A stretch of 64,000 nucleotides of DNA from the human T2T-CHM13v2.0 reference genome, Homo sapiens. Location: the NCBI RefSeq assembly GCF_009914755.1, contig NC_060935.1; one strand, 5' to 3'. Under the pieces are notes generated by a model. It saw only the letters and a list, made by a program, of their open reading frames with translations. It ran no database searches and was not told the DNA's origin. Both the position numbers and the translations under genes were made by a program. Positions 14,704 through 28,147 of this stretch are shown here, piece after piece. Position 1 is the first letter of the stretch. The number at the start of each line of letters is the position of its first letter.

Positions 14704-15848
14704 TAGTCATGTGTTACTTAATGCCAAGGATACAGTCTAAAAAATGTACCATAAGGTGATTTTGTCTTGGTGCAAACATCACCAAGTGTACCTACATGAA
14801 CCTCGATGGTACAGCCCACTACACACCTAGGCTACATGGTACAACCAGTTGCTCCTGTGCTGTAAAGCTATACAGCATGTTACTGTCCTGCATACTGTTG
14901 GCAATTATAAAGGTAAGTATTTGTGTATCTAAACATATCTAAATGTAGAAAAGGTACAGTAAAAATACAATATAAAATATATTTTTTAAAAAAGCTATAC
15001 CGTATAGACCCCGTGAATGGAGCTTGCAGAACTGCTAGCTGCTCTGGGTGAGCCAGTGAGTGAGTGTTTAGTGAATGTGAAGATCTAGGACATTACTGTG
15101 CACTACTATATAGTAGATGTATAAAAAAAGTTTCTTTTTCAATAGTGTATTAACCTTAGCTTACTGTAAATGTCTAACTTTATAAACTTGATTTATTTAA
15201 CTTATTTACTCTTTTGTAATAAGAGCTCAAAACACAAACACATTGTACAGCTGTACAAAATATTTTATTTATGTCCTTATTCTATAAGCGTTTTCCTATT
15301 TAAAATTCATATATATATACATATATATCTTTTTAAATATTTTTTTAAGAACGAAGACACAAACACATACAGGGTCAGGATCATTCAAATCACTGTCTTT
15401 CACCTCCACATTTTGCTTCACTGGAAAGTCTTCAGGGACAATAATCCACATGGAGCTGTCATCTCCTATGACAACAATGCCTTCTTCTGCAATATGTGCT
15501 GAAAGTCCTGCCTAAGGTTGTTTTACACTTATGTTCTTTTGTTTATAAGTAGAAGGGGTACACACTAAAATAATGATAAAAGGTAGAGCATAGTAAATAC
15601 CTAAACCAGTAACATAGTCATTTATTGTAATTATCAAGTATTATATGCTGCACATAATCGTATGTGCTAGACATTTCTACGACCAGCAGAGCAGCAGGGT
15701 GTTTACATTAGAAAAAAGTGAGTAATGCATTGTGCCGCGACCTCACAACAGCTACAGTGTCACTAGGTGATAGGAATCTTTGAGCTCCATTATAATTTTA
15801 TGGAACCACCATCATTGTGGCCTGTCGTTGACCAAAAATGTCATTATG
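14704..15848 (-). mobile_element. Tigger3b-like non-autonomous DNA transposon
   Basis: Left end tagtcatgtgttacttaatg...ctacacacctaggctacatgg; right end gtcactaggtgataggaatc...ctccattataat...gtcgttgaccaaaaatgtcattatg with the outermost TIR bases eroded. Strand assigned from recalled consensus. Confidence 0.82.
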
Positions 15849-15947
15849 GCATTTTGGCTATATTATTGCACTCTTCCTAAGCATCTCTCTTTTAAATTAA
15901 CTTTGAATCATGGCACATCTTCATTTTGCTTATTCACAGCTATTCAT
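15718..15947. repeat. Right arm of the inverted duplication (Tigger3 end plus about 100 bp of unique flank)
   Basis: See 13927-14169. Confidence 0.95.
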
Positions 15948-16069
15948 ATTTTATATTTAAAATGATATTTAAAAGTCCATAATGTAGGCATTTAACACAT
16001 GGCAAGTGTTTGATTTTTGAGCTTTAATAAAACCAATAATTTTTTCTCTAACGTTATTTTTTCAAAGTC

Positions 16070-16568
16070 AGAGTTCCATAAGTCTAAAGTCTAGAGGTGG
16101 GCTTGCCTAAGTTCTATGTTCAGGGTCTTACAAGTTCAAACTCAAGTTGTTCGTCACATGGATTCTCATGGGAGAATTGTTCAAGTTCATTCCATTATTG
16201 GCATAATTTAGTTCGTTGCAGGGTATGGCTGAGGTTCTCCTTTGCTTGCTGGCTTTTAGCCAGTGATCCTTCTCAGTTCCTAAAGCCACCAAATTTCTTT
16301 TCACGTGGTCCATTGAATCATCAGTTCATCAGCTGTACATCTAGTCCTTCTCATGCCTTAAATCTCTCTGACTTCTGCCATCAGATGAAGAAAGTTCTCT
16401 GCTTTTAAGGGCTCATGTAATTATATACAAAAGACCAGGAAGATAATCTCTCTATCTTAACATCAACTGCGACATAAAAACTAATACAATCATGGGAGTT
16501 ATAGCTCACCATATTCACAGAGAATTGAGTTATTTTTTGGAATCCACTTTAGGAACTCAATTTACCAT
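16070..16568 (-). mobile_element. MLT1E-like MaLR LTR
   Basis: agttcattccattattggcataatttagttc...aagttctctgcttttaagggctcatgtaatta...gataatctctctatctt...catattcacag. Confidence 0.7.
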
Positions 16569-17529
16569 GCCAGGAAAATACCATGCCAGGAAAAATATAT
16601 TTTGGATTCCTTCAAAAATAAAAAGCAAATCTACAACAGTTCTTCACCTGAGGCATCTCACCACAGCTGTTTTCCTTACCTATGTTGTCCAAAATATAAG
16701 GCCAAGTTATACAGTTGTCCTCTATGTCATTCTCACCACAAATATCTGTCTTTGGGTAGCATTTAATGTTAATCACATTTTGTTGCTTTCCATTAGAGTA
16801 ATTGTTTACCTCTCTCTCTCCTGTGGAAGATTATTATGTCTACAATCTATCTACATAAGAGTTATGGGCTGTAAATGTATATCTTCTCCCCGGGTGACTA
16901 TTATATACATAATCTGTTACCTTTTTCCATTAAGCTAATGAATGGTTGACACTTGTGATTAGAACAATCAGGCATCTTTAAATGTTGTCTTAAAAGTAAA
17001 AAATTAAAATGGTCCAGAGTCAAACTCACTGAACAACATCTGTTTTGCATTTAGCTTATAAGGTAAGATGTGCCTCTTGCTTTTTACTGAGAGCAGAAGA
17101 CATTAAATTGATTATAACTTCATTCTTCTTTTATTTTAGTCAAAGCAAACTTCCTGATTCCACAAATTAGACTACAAGCTTTATTTCCTTAATAACTAAA
17201 GACAATTTACAAAACAGAGATTTTGGATAGCTTAAATTCTTAGGTACCATTGATTTGTACAAAACAACAAATTTAATCTAAATAAAGACAACACAATTAT
17301 ATATAAATAATAAGTTGGATTCCAGTCATTGGAATCACTCTGTGAAAATGCATTTTTATTCTTTTCAGCAGAATTGGTAGAATTAATGAAAGTGGCAGAA
17401 TTGATAAAAGGAGATCTAACTAAAGGAGATATTTTAAATGAGCATTCCTTGACTTGAAATTCAGAAGTCTAGTGTAATTTTCAGGTTTGGCATTGAAATA
17501 TATGAAATACGGGGGATTTCATTGAGATG

Positions 17530-18290
17530 TTCTAGGTTTGACCTCTCACATGGGCCTCACTCCTATATACATAATCTCCTATGTATATAAATCTCAGCTT
17601 TTGCTGAAATTTCTCCATTTTAAACTTCTTCATTCAAGAATCACAAGTTCAGCAATTAAAATTGGCATTCACTCTATAATATTAGCTTTTCTCTCCCTGC
17701 ACCCGTCTATATTAGTACTACCATAAATTTTTACATACTAAACTAGAAATCTCAGAAAAATGATTGTCTGGATATTTTCCCTCCATCTTCTAAATTCAGT
17801 TTCCCATGAAAGCCTGTCCTTGATTGTTTCTGCTTGTACCACTGCACTACCTCAGTCCACTGCTCTATCACCCCAACCCTAAATTACTATAACCATCTGG
17901 CAACCAATTCTTTTAACTTCTGCAGTCTCTGTCCATTTAAGCCAGACCAATCCTTATAAAATTCTGATTATATCATATCAGTAGAGGACTCAAGGATTTA
18001 TTTGGCTCCCCTCTTGGAATCAAGTCCAATTTTCTTCTCTTAACTGTGATGCCCATCTTTCCTTCAATTTCATTATCTACTACTTTTAAAGCATATTACA
18101 AATTGTAGTTTTGTTATGTTCTCACTATTCCCATATAAACTTTTTTGTCAGTTTATTGCACCAAACTGCAAAGTTCCATGCTGCTTAATATTCTTTAATT
18201 TAAATTATCCCATTTCTTACCTACTGAAATCCTGTTGTTTCAATTTTCCCTACTATATAAAAACTTCAAATTAAAAAAATTGCCTTCTCT
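17530..18290 (+). mobile_element. L2 fragment
   Basis: Pyrimidine-rich sense L2 motifs (accactgcactacctcagtcc, aattactataaccatctggcaacc, tctgattatatcat). Confidence 0.5.
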
Positions 18291-18508
18291 TCCCACATAC
18301 ACACATTTTGGCTGTAAGTGTGTATATCCAAACACACACTTACACACACATATTTATCTATATTTATCTAATAGGTTAATAAATGTTAGACTATCTAATG
18401 GAACATAACACTACATTCAGCACACCACACATGTATTGTATATATAGTAAGCTCCCAGATACTGATTCAAATATTGGAGTGTGCTAATGCATACATAAAC
18501 ATATTTGA

Positions 18509-18863
<355 letters not shown>

Positions 18864-19139
18864 TTACAACTCTAGGAATGGGCTGTGATACATTTTTTCA
18901 TCCTAGTCAGTGATTCAAATGTTTATACTTACAGTAGTTAGTTAGGGATCATTACAAAGATTTGTTTAGCACAGTAAAGAGTACATTTTACAATTTAATG
19001 TTAATTTAAATTTAAAGTTAAGTTTCTGCCATTTATGAGAAGAAAACTGCAGTCTTATCTGCTAGAAGGTATTGTAGGAAGATGTGAAGTCCCAAGTCAT
19101 TAGTCATTGTCAGGATCATGATAACAATTGAGAATCATA

Positions 19140-19330
19140 TTTTATTCTTCTATGGAACTTACATTATGTCAGACATTGAGAACTTTGTATTTGTTACTAA
19201 CTAAATTTTTATAATTATGTGAGGTAGATGCTAGTATTCCACTCCCTTTTGGATAAGGATCCTGGGGCCCAGATAAGGAAACTAAGGCAGTTATAAGAAA
19301 GTCAAGGCTGCATAGTGACTCAAATGTAGT
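19140..19330 (-). mobile_element. MIR fragment
   Basis: gtgaggtagatgctagtatt...cagataaggaaactaaggc core. Confidence 0.5.
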
Positions 19331-21104
19331 AGTTGATTCTAGTCTCAATTACTAAGTGTACTCAATATGGGATGTGTCATCATATGGACTTGTAGTCCTA
19401 ATGTAAGGATCAGAGGAAAACATAGAGAAGGATTCCTGTAAGACATTAATTTATTGCCTCAAATCTTCCCTGAACCTCCAACCAGTTAAGGCACAAGAAC
19501 CAGCAGACATCTTATTGTTTATGATTTTTATTTTATTCTGTGTCCTGTTACCTTTACCTGTTCTATTCTGTTTGTTTATGTGTTTGGCAGGTGGAACTCA
19601 TTATCTTAATATTATCACAGTGTATTCTTCAAGAGAATAGAATATATCTACTATGATCATCAAAAGTTAGGACCTTGGAGGCTCATTGGAAAATAAAAGC
19701 ATAACCCACAACTGTACCTTCAACAAATGCAATTTTTACGCTTCATGATGATTGTCATTTTTGTGTTTTGATTCAAAGAAGTAGCTGATTGCTCATGATT
19801 TTCAAACTCACAACATGATAAATCTTATTTCTATTTTCTTTATATCACCTATTCATAGAGTATTGATAATATAATTAGTACACAGATATTGCAAGGTAAA
19901 TCATTTAAATACTATTTGCTTTACAACATCATTAGTGATTCAACACCACACAGTATATTTTTCTTACTTAAACACATCAATCCCAGAGGGTTGGATGGCT
20001 TGAAAGACTGTTATTGGCAGCTGATTTATCTATCTGCTGTTTGGTTTGTTGGCTTAGGCATTTATTACCTTTAGGTCACTGAGCCTGATCAAATTGTGGT
20101 GGGAAGTTGTTATTATAAGATGGGAGTCTCCTTATTTGCATGAGTGACCTGGTTATACTAATAGTGTTCTTTCAAATAAGATATGAACATTAATATTGTG
20201 AATGTAGATAGTCGCACTGAGACACTATTTTAGGGTAGTCCATTAAATTAAATTTTCACATCTTTTTCAAGCACACCACCTTTCCCAGGCTGATGAGGGT
20301 ATTTTAACTGTAGATTAAAATGCTTTCTTGCATATCTGGAGTAGGTCTAAGAAAAAATCATAAAAATATGAGTAATGTCCTTTTTTTAACCACTGCTTTC
20401 CAAGCCATTTTCTGCCCTTGTGATAACCTGAGTAATTCCACTACAATTTATTATGATTAAAATAGAATCATTATGTACAATTTTACTCTTTAGTGCACTC
20501 TTTTCTGTTACACAGCTTTCTAAATTTGTACAGATGTGTTCTTTTCAAATTATCTTACTAAAGTCACTTAAATACAGTGATACATATTTGGGGCTGTTAA
20601 TGTTCTGGACAGACATGAAGCATCTAGCTACCTATATATTTAGTTATATTCATTATATTCAGTAAGATATGAGTTCCAGTGCTTGTCATGTAGTGGAGGT
20701 CAGACATATAGCTTTTTATGTAATAGAAGTCAATAAATATTTGTTAAAACAATTTCTTATATTGGGCATACATTTGAATGTCATTATTATGAAGTCTATA
20801 TAATATACTATTATAAATTTTCCTAAACTTTTACTATTTTAAAAACAATAATATATTGAGATAGTTTTAAGTTTTTGCATGTGCTAATTGTACTACTTGA
20901 CAATTATCCTTTTATGTGACAAGCATCGATCCCTTTTACTTCAGAGTTAAAGAAGCTTCTATTTGGATTAAACTGATAAAGAGATAATTATTTTGTTTTC
21001 ATTACAGTTTTGTGGTAGGGTGATAAAGCATGGCTTTTTCCCTACATTCTAAAATAATATCACAGACATGGTCATCTTCCTCTTTGCTTAAAAGAAGCTT
21101 TAAT

Positions 21105-21612
21105 ATCTATTGTTCCAGATACGAATGCTGCATAATGCACTCATTCAAAGTTTAGTGACATAAATACATGTTCCTTTTATCTCCCAATTAAGTGGGTGAA
21201 GAATTCAAGTTGTGCTTACTTGGACAATTCAATTGCTCACTTGGGATTAACTGGGGTGATTTGGAGAAGTTCAGCTAATAATTTTTCTGGTCTGGAATGT
21301 CCAAGATGACTTTACACAAATGTGTGGCATCTTGGAGGAGAGAGCTAGCAGGCAGGGCTATCCTTTCCCTGTAATCTTAGTGCCTTTCCATGAAATCTCC
21401 AGCAATATAGTCAAACTTATATTTTAGCTCAGGGCTCCACTTAGACCAAGGAAGAAACTATAGGTCCCTTTGAATTCTAAGCCCAAAACTTGTATGGCAT
21501 CATTTCTTCCACACTGTATTTGTCAAAGCAGTCAGAGACCAATCCAGACTTAAGGGGAGAGGACATAAAACTCACTTTTTGATGCTATTTGTAGTCATCT
21601 GTAAGTTACCAG
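21105..21612 (-). mobile_element. MLT1H-like MaLR LTR
   Basis: tgctgcataa...gtttagtgacataaa...gtccaagatgacttt...ggcatcatttcttccacactgtatttgtcaaagcagtca...ccagacttaaggggagagg. Confidence 0.7.
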
Positions 21613-21779
21613 AGTTATAATAACTAAATCTAACATTTTTGTTTTATACTAAGAAAAAAGAATATAAACATTACCTGGAAATGAGACATGTGATATGAAC
21701 TTCTCAATTTTTAAACTTTAGTCTCATGCAGAGTACAGAAATAGATTGTGTTAAAGAAAGAAGCTCTAGATTTCACCTT

Positions 21780-22297
21780 TGTGATGGTTACTACTGAGTA
21801 TTAACTGGATTGGATTGAAGGATGCAAAGTATTGATCCTGGGTGTGTCTGTGAGGGTGTTGCCAAAGGAGATTAACATTTGAGTCAGTGGACTGGTAAGG
21901 GAAGACCCACCCTTAATCTGGCTGGGCACCATCTAATCAGCTGCCAGTGTGGCCAGAGTATAAAGCAGGCAGGAAAATGTGAAAAGGCTAGACTGGCCTA
22001 CCCTCCCAGCCTACATCTTTCTCCCATGCTGGATGCTTCCTGCCCTCGAACATCGGACTCTAAGTTCTTCAGCTTTGGAACTCAGACTGGTTTCCTTGCT
22101 CCTCAGCTTGCAGGTGGACTATTGTGGGACCTCGTGATCGTGTGAGTTAACACTACTTAATAAACTTTCCTTTATTTACTTATATATATGTGTTATTAAA
22201 ATCACTTAAATAATATATATGAAAATATATATACCCTGTTACTTATTTTATATATATATATCCTGTTAGTTCTATTCCTCTACAGAATCCTAATACA
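21780..22297 (+). mobile_element. MLT2A1 (HERV-L 5' LTR)
   Basis: TGtgatggtta..actgagt...gattggattgaaggatgcaaagtattgatcctgggtgtgtctgtgagggtgttgccaaaggagattaacatttgagtcag...taataCA; tataaa at about 21959, aataaa at about 22159, AT-rich expansion in U5. Confidence 0.92.
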
Positions 22298-22302
22298 AAT
22301 TT

Positions 22303-22317
22303 TGGTACCAGGAGTGG
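22303..22317 (+). promoter_or_regulatory. Primer-binding site for tRNA-Leu
   Basis: TGGTACCAGGAGTGG immediately downstream of the LTR, complementary to the 3' end of tRNA-Leu, as expected for ERV-L. Confidence 0.85.
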
Positions 22318-22341
22318 TTCTAGAGGAACGGAATATTAAGG

Positions 22342-24030
22342 ATGGAGTTCTTTTTTTGTTTTGGGTGTTTCTGGAGTTGGCTGCTTAATATGACTAGACC
22401 CAAAAATGCTAAGGACTGTACTTCTAATAGTATGGAGAACACTGATGGCCCTTGGTGTGACCTGTGTGGAGAGTTATGCAAAATAAATGCATTTGACATT
22501 CATGATTCACCGCTCATGAGAGGCAAGAAATTTAGTGACTCTATACATAATACCTTTGACTGTATGTGGAGAACCAAGGAACATATGAAGCTTGTTGGTT
22601 GCTCCTAAGTTCATTGGACAAAGTGACAAAAGAAAATGATGAACTCAGGGATTCTAACTCCTGCCTTCAGAAGCAGATACTGAGCCTCAAATCTGCTAAG
22701 ATTGCCCCGAGTGAGAGTCTTATCTCCTGTAGAGAAAGAGCTGAAGAGCTGAAATTGTAGAAAAGCAGACACAAGCTCTTATCGTGTGAGTGGCTGATCT
22801 GCAATGAAAGATGCATGCACAGCTTCACTAGGTGCCTACTGTTAAAGTGAGGGCATTGATTGGAAAAGAATGGGATCCTGCAACTTGGAATGGGGAAATG
22901 TGGGTGTATTCTGATGAAGCTGGGGACACTGAGCTTGTAAACTCTGATGAACCTTTTTTGCCAGAAGAAACAGCTTCCCTATCTCCAGTAGTGGCAACAT
23001 CCCCTCCCCAACCCATGCTGCCATCAGCCTTTCTACCTTTGTCTGAGGAGATAAACCCCGCACTGCCTGAGGTAACAGTAATGGCCTCCCCTGAGGCAGT
23101 TGCCTGGCAAAATAATGTTGATTCTCCTCAGGAGCCACCCCCAACACCTCTGTTTGCTTCTAGACCTATATCTAGACTAAAGTCCTGGTGGACCCCTAGA
23201 GGTGAGATTGAAAGTGTGACCCATGAGGAGGTGTGCTACACTCAAAAAGAACTGTTTGAGTTTTCTAATTTACATAAACAGAAATCTGGAGAGCAGGCAT
23301 GAGAATGGATATTAAGGGTATGGGATAATGGTGGAAGGAACATAGACTTGGATCAGGCTGAATTTATTTATTTGGGCCCACTAAATAGGGACTCTGCTTT
23401 TAATGTTGCATCTTGGAGAATTAAAAAAGGTTCTAATAGTTTATTGGTTGGGTTAGCTGAAATATGGATTAAAGGATGGCCCACTGTGAGCAAGCTGGAA
23501 ACACCTGATCTCTCTTGGTTTAATATAAAGGAAGGGATCCAAAGGCTTAGGGATATTGGGATAGTGGAGTGGATTAGTCACTTTAGACCTACTCATCCCA
23601 GCTGGTAGAGTCCCTTGACCAATGCCTTGTGAAACAGATTTGTGAGGGCAGCACCTGCATCTTTGAAGAGCCCTGTAATTGCTCTTCTCTGTATGTCAGA
23701 TCTAATAGTGGGAACCTCAGTCACTCAACTACAAAATTTAAATTCAATGGGAATAATTGGGGAATAATTGGATCCCAAGGTGGCAGGGGCAAAGTAGTGG
23801 CACTCAGTCATCCAAGGCAAAGTTAGTGTTGCTACTGTAATGAACAGCAGAGCCAAAGCAGCAATCAGAATAGTCTTACTCTTATAGAGCTTTGGCATCG
23901 GCTGATTAATCACAGTCTTCCTAGAAGTGAAATTGATACAAAGCCTACTGCATTTCTACTTAATTTACATGAGCAGAAAACTTCCAGGTCGAATAGACAA
24001 AAGACTAATTTGAATTATTAAAAAAGAGAA
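22342..24030 (+). pseudogene. HERV-L gag remnant
   Basis: FWSWLLNMTRPKNAKD, VKVRALIGKEWDPATWNGEMW, LDQAEFIYLGPLNRDSAFN; multiple stops and frameshifts. Confidence 0.88.
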
Positions 24031-24032
24031 TT

Positions 24033-26565
24033 ATGGCTCCTCAATCAATTTCCAGACTTGAGCCCGTTTACACACCCAGAGCCCCTTTAATGCAGGGAAG
24101 GCCGAGTCCCATTGAGGAAGGACCCCACTATGCTATCCATAATTTATATGCTGTTAATCTTTCTCCCAACCTTCTCCAGGGAGACCTCTGGCCTTTTGAC
24201 AGGGTAACTGTGCACTGGGAAAAGGGAAATGATCAGAGATTTCAGGGACTACTAGACACTGGCTCTGAGCTGTTGATTCCAGGGTACTCAAAATGTCATT
24301 GTGGCCCTCCAGTTAAAGTAGGAACTTATGGAGGTCAGGTAATTAATGGACTTTTAGCTCAGGTTCAATTCACAGTGAGTCCAATGGTTCCCTAGACACT
24401 CCCTGTGGTCATTTCCCCAGTGCCAGCATACATAATTGGCATAGATCTAATTAGCAGTTGGCAGAACCCCCACATTGTCTCCCTGACTGGCAAGGTGAAG
24501 GCTATTATTGTTGGAAAGGCCAAATGGAAGCCATGGGAGCTGATTCTACCTAGAAAAATAGTAAATCAATAATAATATCCCATCCCTGGATAGATTGTGG
24601 AGATTACTTTCACCGTTAAGAACTTGAAAGATGCAGAGGTGGTGATTCCCACCACATCTCCATTCAATTCTAGTATCTGGCCTGTGCAGAAGACAGATGG
24701 ATCAGAGAACAATAGTGGATTATTGTAAGCTTAACCAAGTGGTGATTCCAATTGCAGCTGCTGTACCAGATGTGGTTTCATCACTTGAGCAAATTAACAC
24801 ATTTCCTGGTAACTGGTATGCAGCCATTGACTGGGAAATGCCTTTTTCTCCATTCCTGTCCATAAAGCCCACCAGAAACAATTTGCCTTCAGCTGACAAG
24901 GCCAGCAATATACCTTTACTGTCCTACCTCAGGGATATATCAACTCTCCAGCTTTGTGTCATAATCTCATTCCGAGATATTTGATTGCTTTTCGCTTCCA
25001 CAAGACATCACACTGGTCCATTACATTGATGGCATAATGCTGATTGGATCCAGTGAGCAAGAAGCAGAAAACAAACTGGGCTTAATGGTGAGATATTTGC
25101 TTGACAGAGGATGGGAAATAAATCCGACTAAAATTCAGGAACCCTCTATCTCAGTAAAATTTCTAGAGGTCCAGTGGTGTGGGGCCTGTCGAGGTATTCC
25201 ATCTAAGGTGAAAGATAAGTTGCTGCATTTGGCCCCTCCTACAACCAAGAAAGAGTTACAACGTCTAGTGGGCCTATTTGGATTTTGGAGGCAACACATT
25301 CCTCATTTGGGTGTGTTACTCCGGCCTATTTATCAAGTGAACCAAAATGCTGCCAGTTTTGAGAGGGGTCCAGAACAGGAGAAGGCTCTGTAACAGGCCC
25401 AGGCTGCTGTGCAAGTTTTTCTGACACTTGGGCCATATGACCCAGCAGATCCAATGGTGCTGGAGGTATCAGTGACAGATACAGATGCTGTTTGAAGCCT
25501 TTGGCAGGTCGTGATACGTGAGTCTCAGTGGAGGCCTCTAGGATTATGAAGCAAGGCCCTGCCATCTTCTGCAGACATCTACTCTCCTTTTGAGAGACAT
25601 TTCTTGGCCTGTTACTGGGCTTTGGTGGAAACTGAACATTTGACCATGGGTCATCAAATCACCATGTGACCTGAACTGCCTATCATGAACTGGGTGCTTT
25701 CTGACCCATCTAGCCATAAAGTTGGGCATGCCCAGCAGCATTCCATCATCAAATGGAAGTGGTATATATGTGATCAGGCTCGAGTAGGTCCTGAAAGCAC
25801 AAGTAAGTTACATAAGGAAGTGGCTAAAATAACTATGGCCTCTTGGCTGCCACCCTGCTTCTCTCTCCCAGCCTGCACTGATGTTACATGAGGAAGTAAC
25901 TCAAATGCCCATGGTCTCCACTCCTGCCATTCTGCCTTCTTTCCCAGCCTGCACCAGTGGCCTCATGGGGAGGTTCCTATGATCAGTTGAGAGAGAAAAA
26001 GAAAACAAGGGCCTGGTTCACAGATGGTTCTGCATGATAGGCAGGCAGCATCCCAAAGTGGACAGATGCAGCACCACAGCCCCTTCCTAGGACATCCCTG
26101 AAGGACAGTAGTTAAGGGAAATCTTCCCATTGGGCAGAACTTCGAGCAGTGCACCTGGTTGTGCACTTTGCATGGAAGGACAAATGGCCAGATGTGTGAT
26201 TATATACTGATTCATTGGCTGTAGCCAATGGTTTGGCTGGATGGTCAGGAACTCGGAAGAAGCATGATTGGAAAATTGGTGACAAATAAATTTGGGGATG
26301 AGTTATGTGGATGGACCTCTCTGAGTGGTCTAAAACTGTGAAGATATTTGTATCCTATGTGAGTGCTTACCAATAGGTGACCTCAGCAGAGGAGGATTTT
26401 AATAATCAAGTGGATAGGACGACCTGTTCTGTGGACACCACTCAGCCTCTTTTTCCATCCACCCCTGTCATCACCCAATGGGCCCATGAACAAAGTGGCC
26501 ACAGTGGCAGGGATGGAGGTTACACATAGGCTCAGCAACATGGACTTCCACTCACCAAGGATGTC
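24033..26565 (+). pseudogene. HERV-L pro-pol remnant (PR, RT, tether, RNase H, start of IN), 3'-truncated
   Basis: Protease LLDTGSEL; [18 protein letters not shown]; catalytic YIDD mutated to YIDG (25022-25033); GLFGFWRQHIPHLG; RNase H AWFTDGSA and YTDS; ends at QQHGLPLTK. Confidence 0.92.
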
Positions 26566-27883
26566 CTCAGCACATCTCTATATTATGGATGTTTTGACTC
26601 TTTGGCAACTGTAATTTTGTAGTTCAGATTCTCATAGATAGATTAATTTAATTTTCTTAAGTCTATCTGCTGTTTAATAAAAGATTGGTTTTAATTAAAA
26701 TAATACAGAAACCTACACATCATCATCATCATCTTCCTCAACATCAATTGTGATATTTGATAAATGTAGCAAAAGCTAAAAGGAAATAAGCTGATATGAA
26801 AGTAGAAAGGGCACTGCAGCACACAGACACGTACAACAGGGAAAAATATTCAACATATTTATTGAAAGGCCTAGTAAAAACTGCAATTGCATCAAAGAGA
26901 AATCCCATTATTGAGATAAGTAGGCACTAGTGTCTCCTCAGTTGTGGAAAAAAAGAAGAAAAAACAGAGGAGACCCTCTATTTCAGGATATACCCAGAAT
27001 TAACTTCAAGGAGCCTTTATGAATTATCCCACGGGAATCTGATATGCAGACTTCAGTTGAATGGGAGACTCTTTTCTGAGGGCTGGAGCAGTTGTTTCAG
27101 GCATGGAGCATAGCGTTCATTCGAGCTGGGCAGTATTTGGCCTCAGAGAGATTTGGATCCACCACATCGCAGCTGTGAGTCAGACATGTGACCTATGCCT
27201 TAAAAGCATTTATTTACTATGCAGATAATTACAAGTGTGTGACATAGGTAAAATAACTCTTGTTAAAATGTCTAGCAAGAGACATGGCACATATTAATTG
27301 CTTGATTAAGGTCTGTTGTTGCTGTTGCTGCTATTACTTGGGTTGCCCTCAAATTGCCAGGTTTACTACTGCTGACCACGCTGAATGTTGAGAATTCAAA
27401 GGCAGTAGCCATGTTCTTTTGTAATTAAAAACAAATCTGTACTGTCACCATGTGTAAACTCAATATACTTTCATCTGCCCAAAAGAGAGATCCACATCTA
27501 GAAACACAGGTTTAGAAAATATTAGTCAGTTTTTAATTTTTTCTTTTTTTCCCTCGTGGTGGTAGGCTAAATGGAAGGTAACTATTGAGGCTAAGAAAAG
27601 TAAGAACAGCCAAAGGAAAGGCAATGGAAAGGGTCTAGTGAAAAAGAGCATAAGGAAAAAATTTCAAGAGTTTGATCCTTGATGTAAAAAGCAACTGTAT
27701 GTTTCATGGTTACATTTCAGGCATATACAGAGGAGTTATGTTAAGCAGTGCTTTCCCAGACCAAATAAATAATGTCCAGTCTGTCTACTCATTATTATGG
27801 TTCTAGTTATTGTTATTGTAAAAGCGGGAACTTCCTCAAAGGAAACATCACTGGTGTCAAAAATAATTTCATTACATTGGTGA

Positions 27884-28147
<264 letters not shown>

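Noticed and set aside
13927-15947. Inverted arms as the TIRs of a novel 2-kb transposon
   Set aside because: The arms include the end of an internal Tigger3 plus its flank and there is no convincing TSD; a local duplication explains them better.
16563-16594. 16-bp tandem duplication taccatgccaggaaaa at the MLT1 end
   Set aside because: Too long for a MaLR TSD and on one side only; ordinary slippage.
22832-23302. 156-aa ERV-L gag ORF as an Fv1-like restriction factor
   Set aside because: A mid-gag fragment with a non-ATG start, bounded by stops; no sign of selective preservation.
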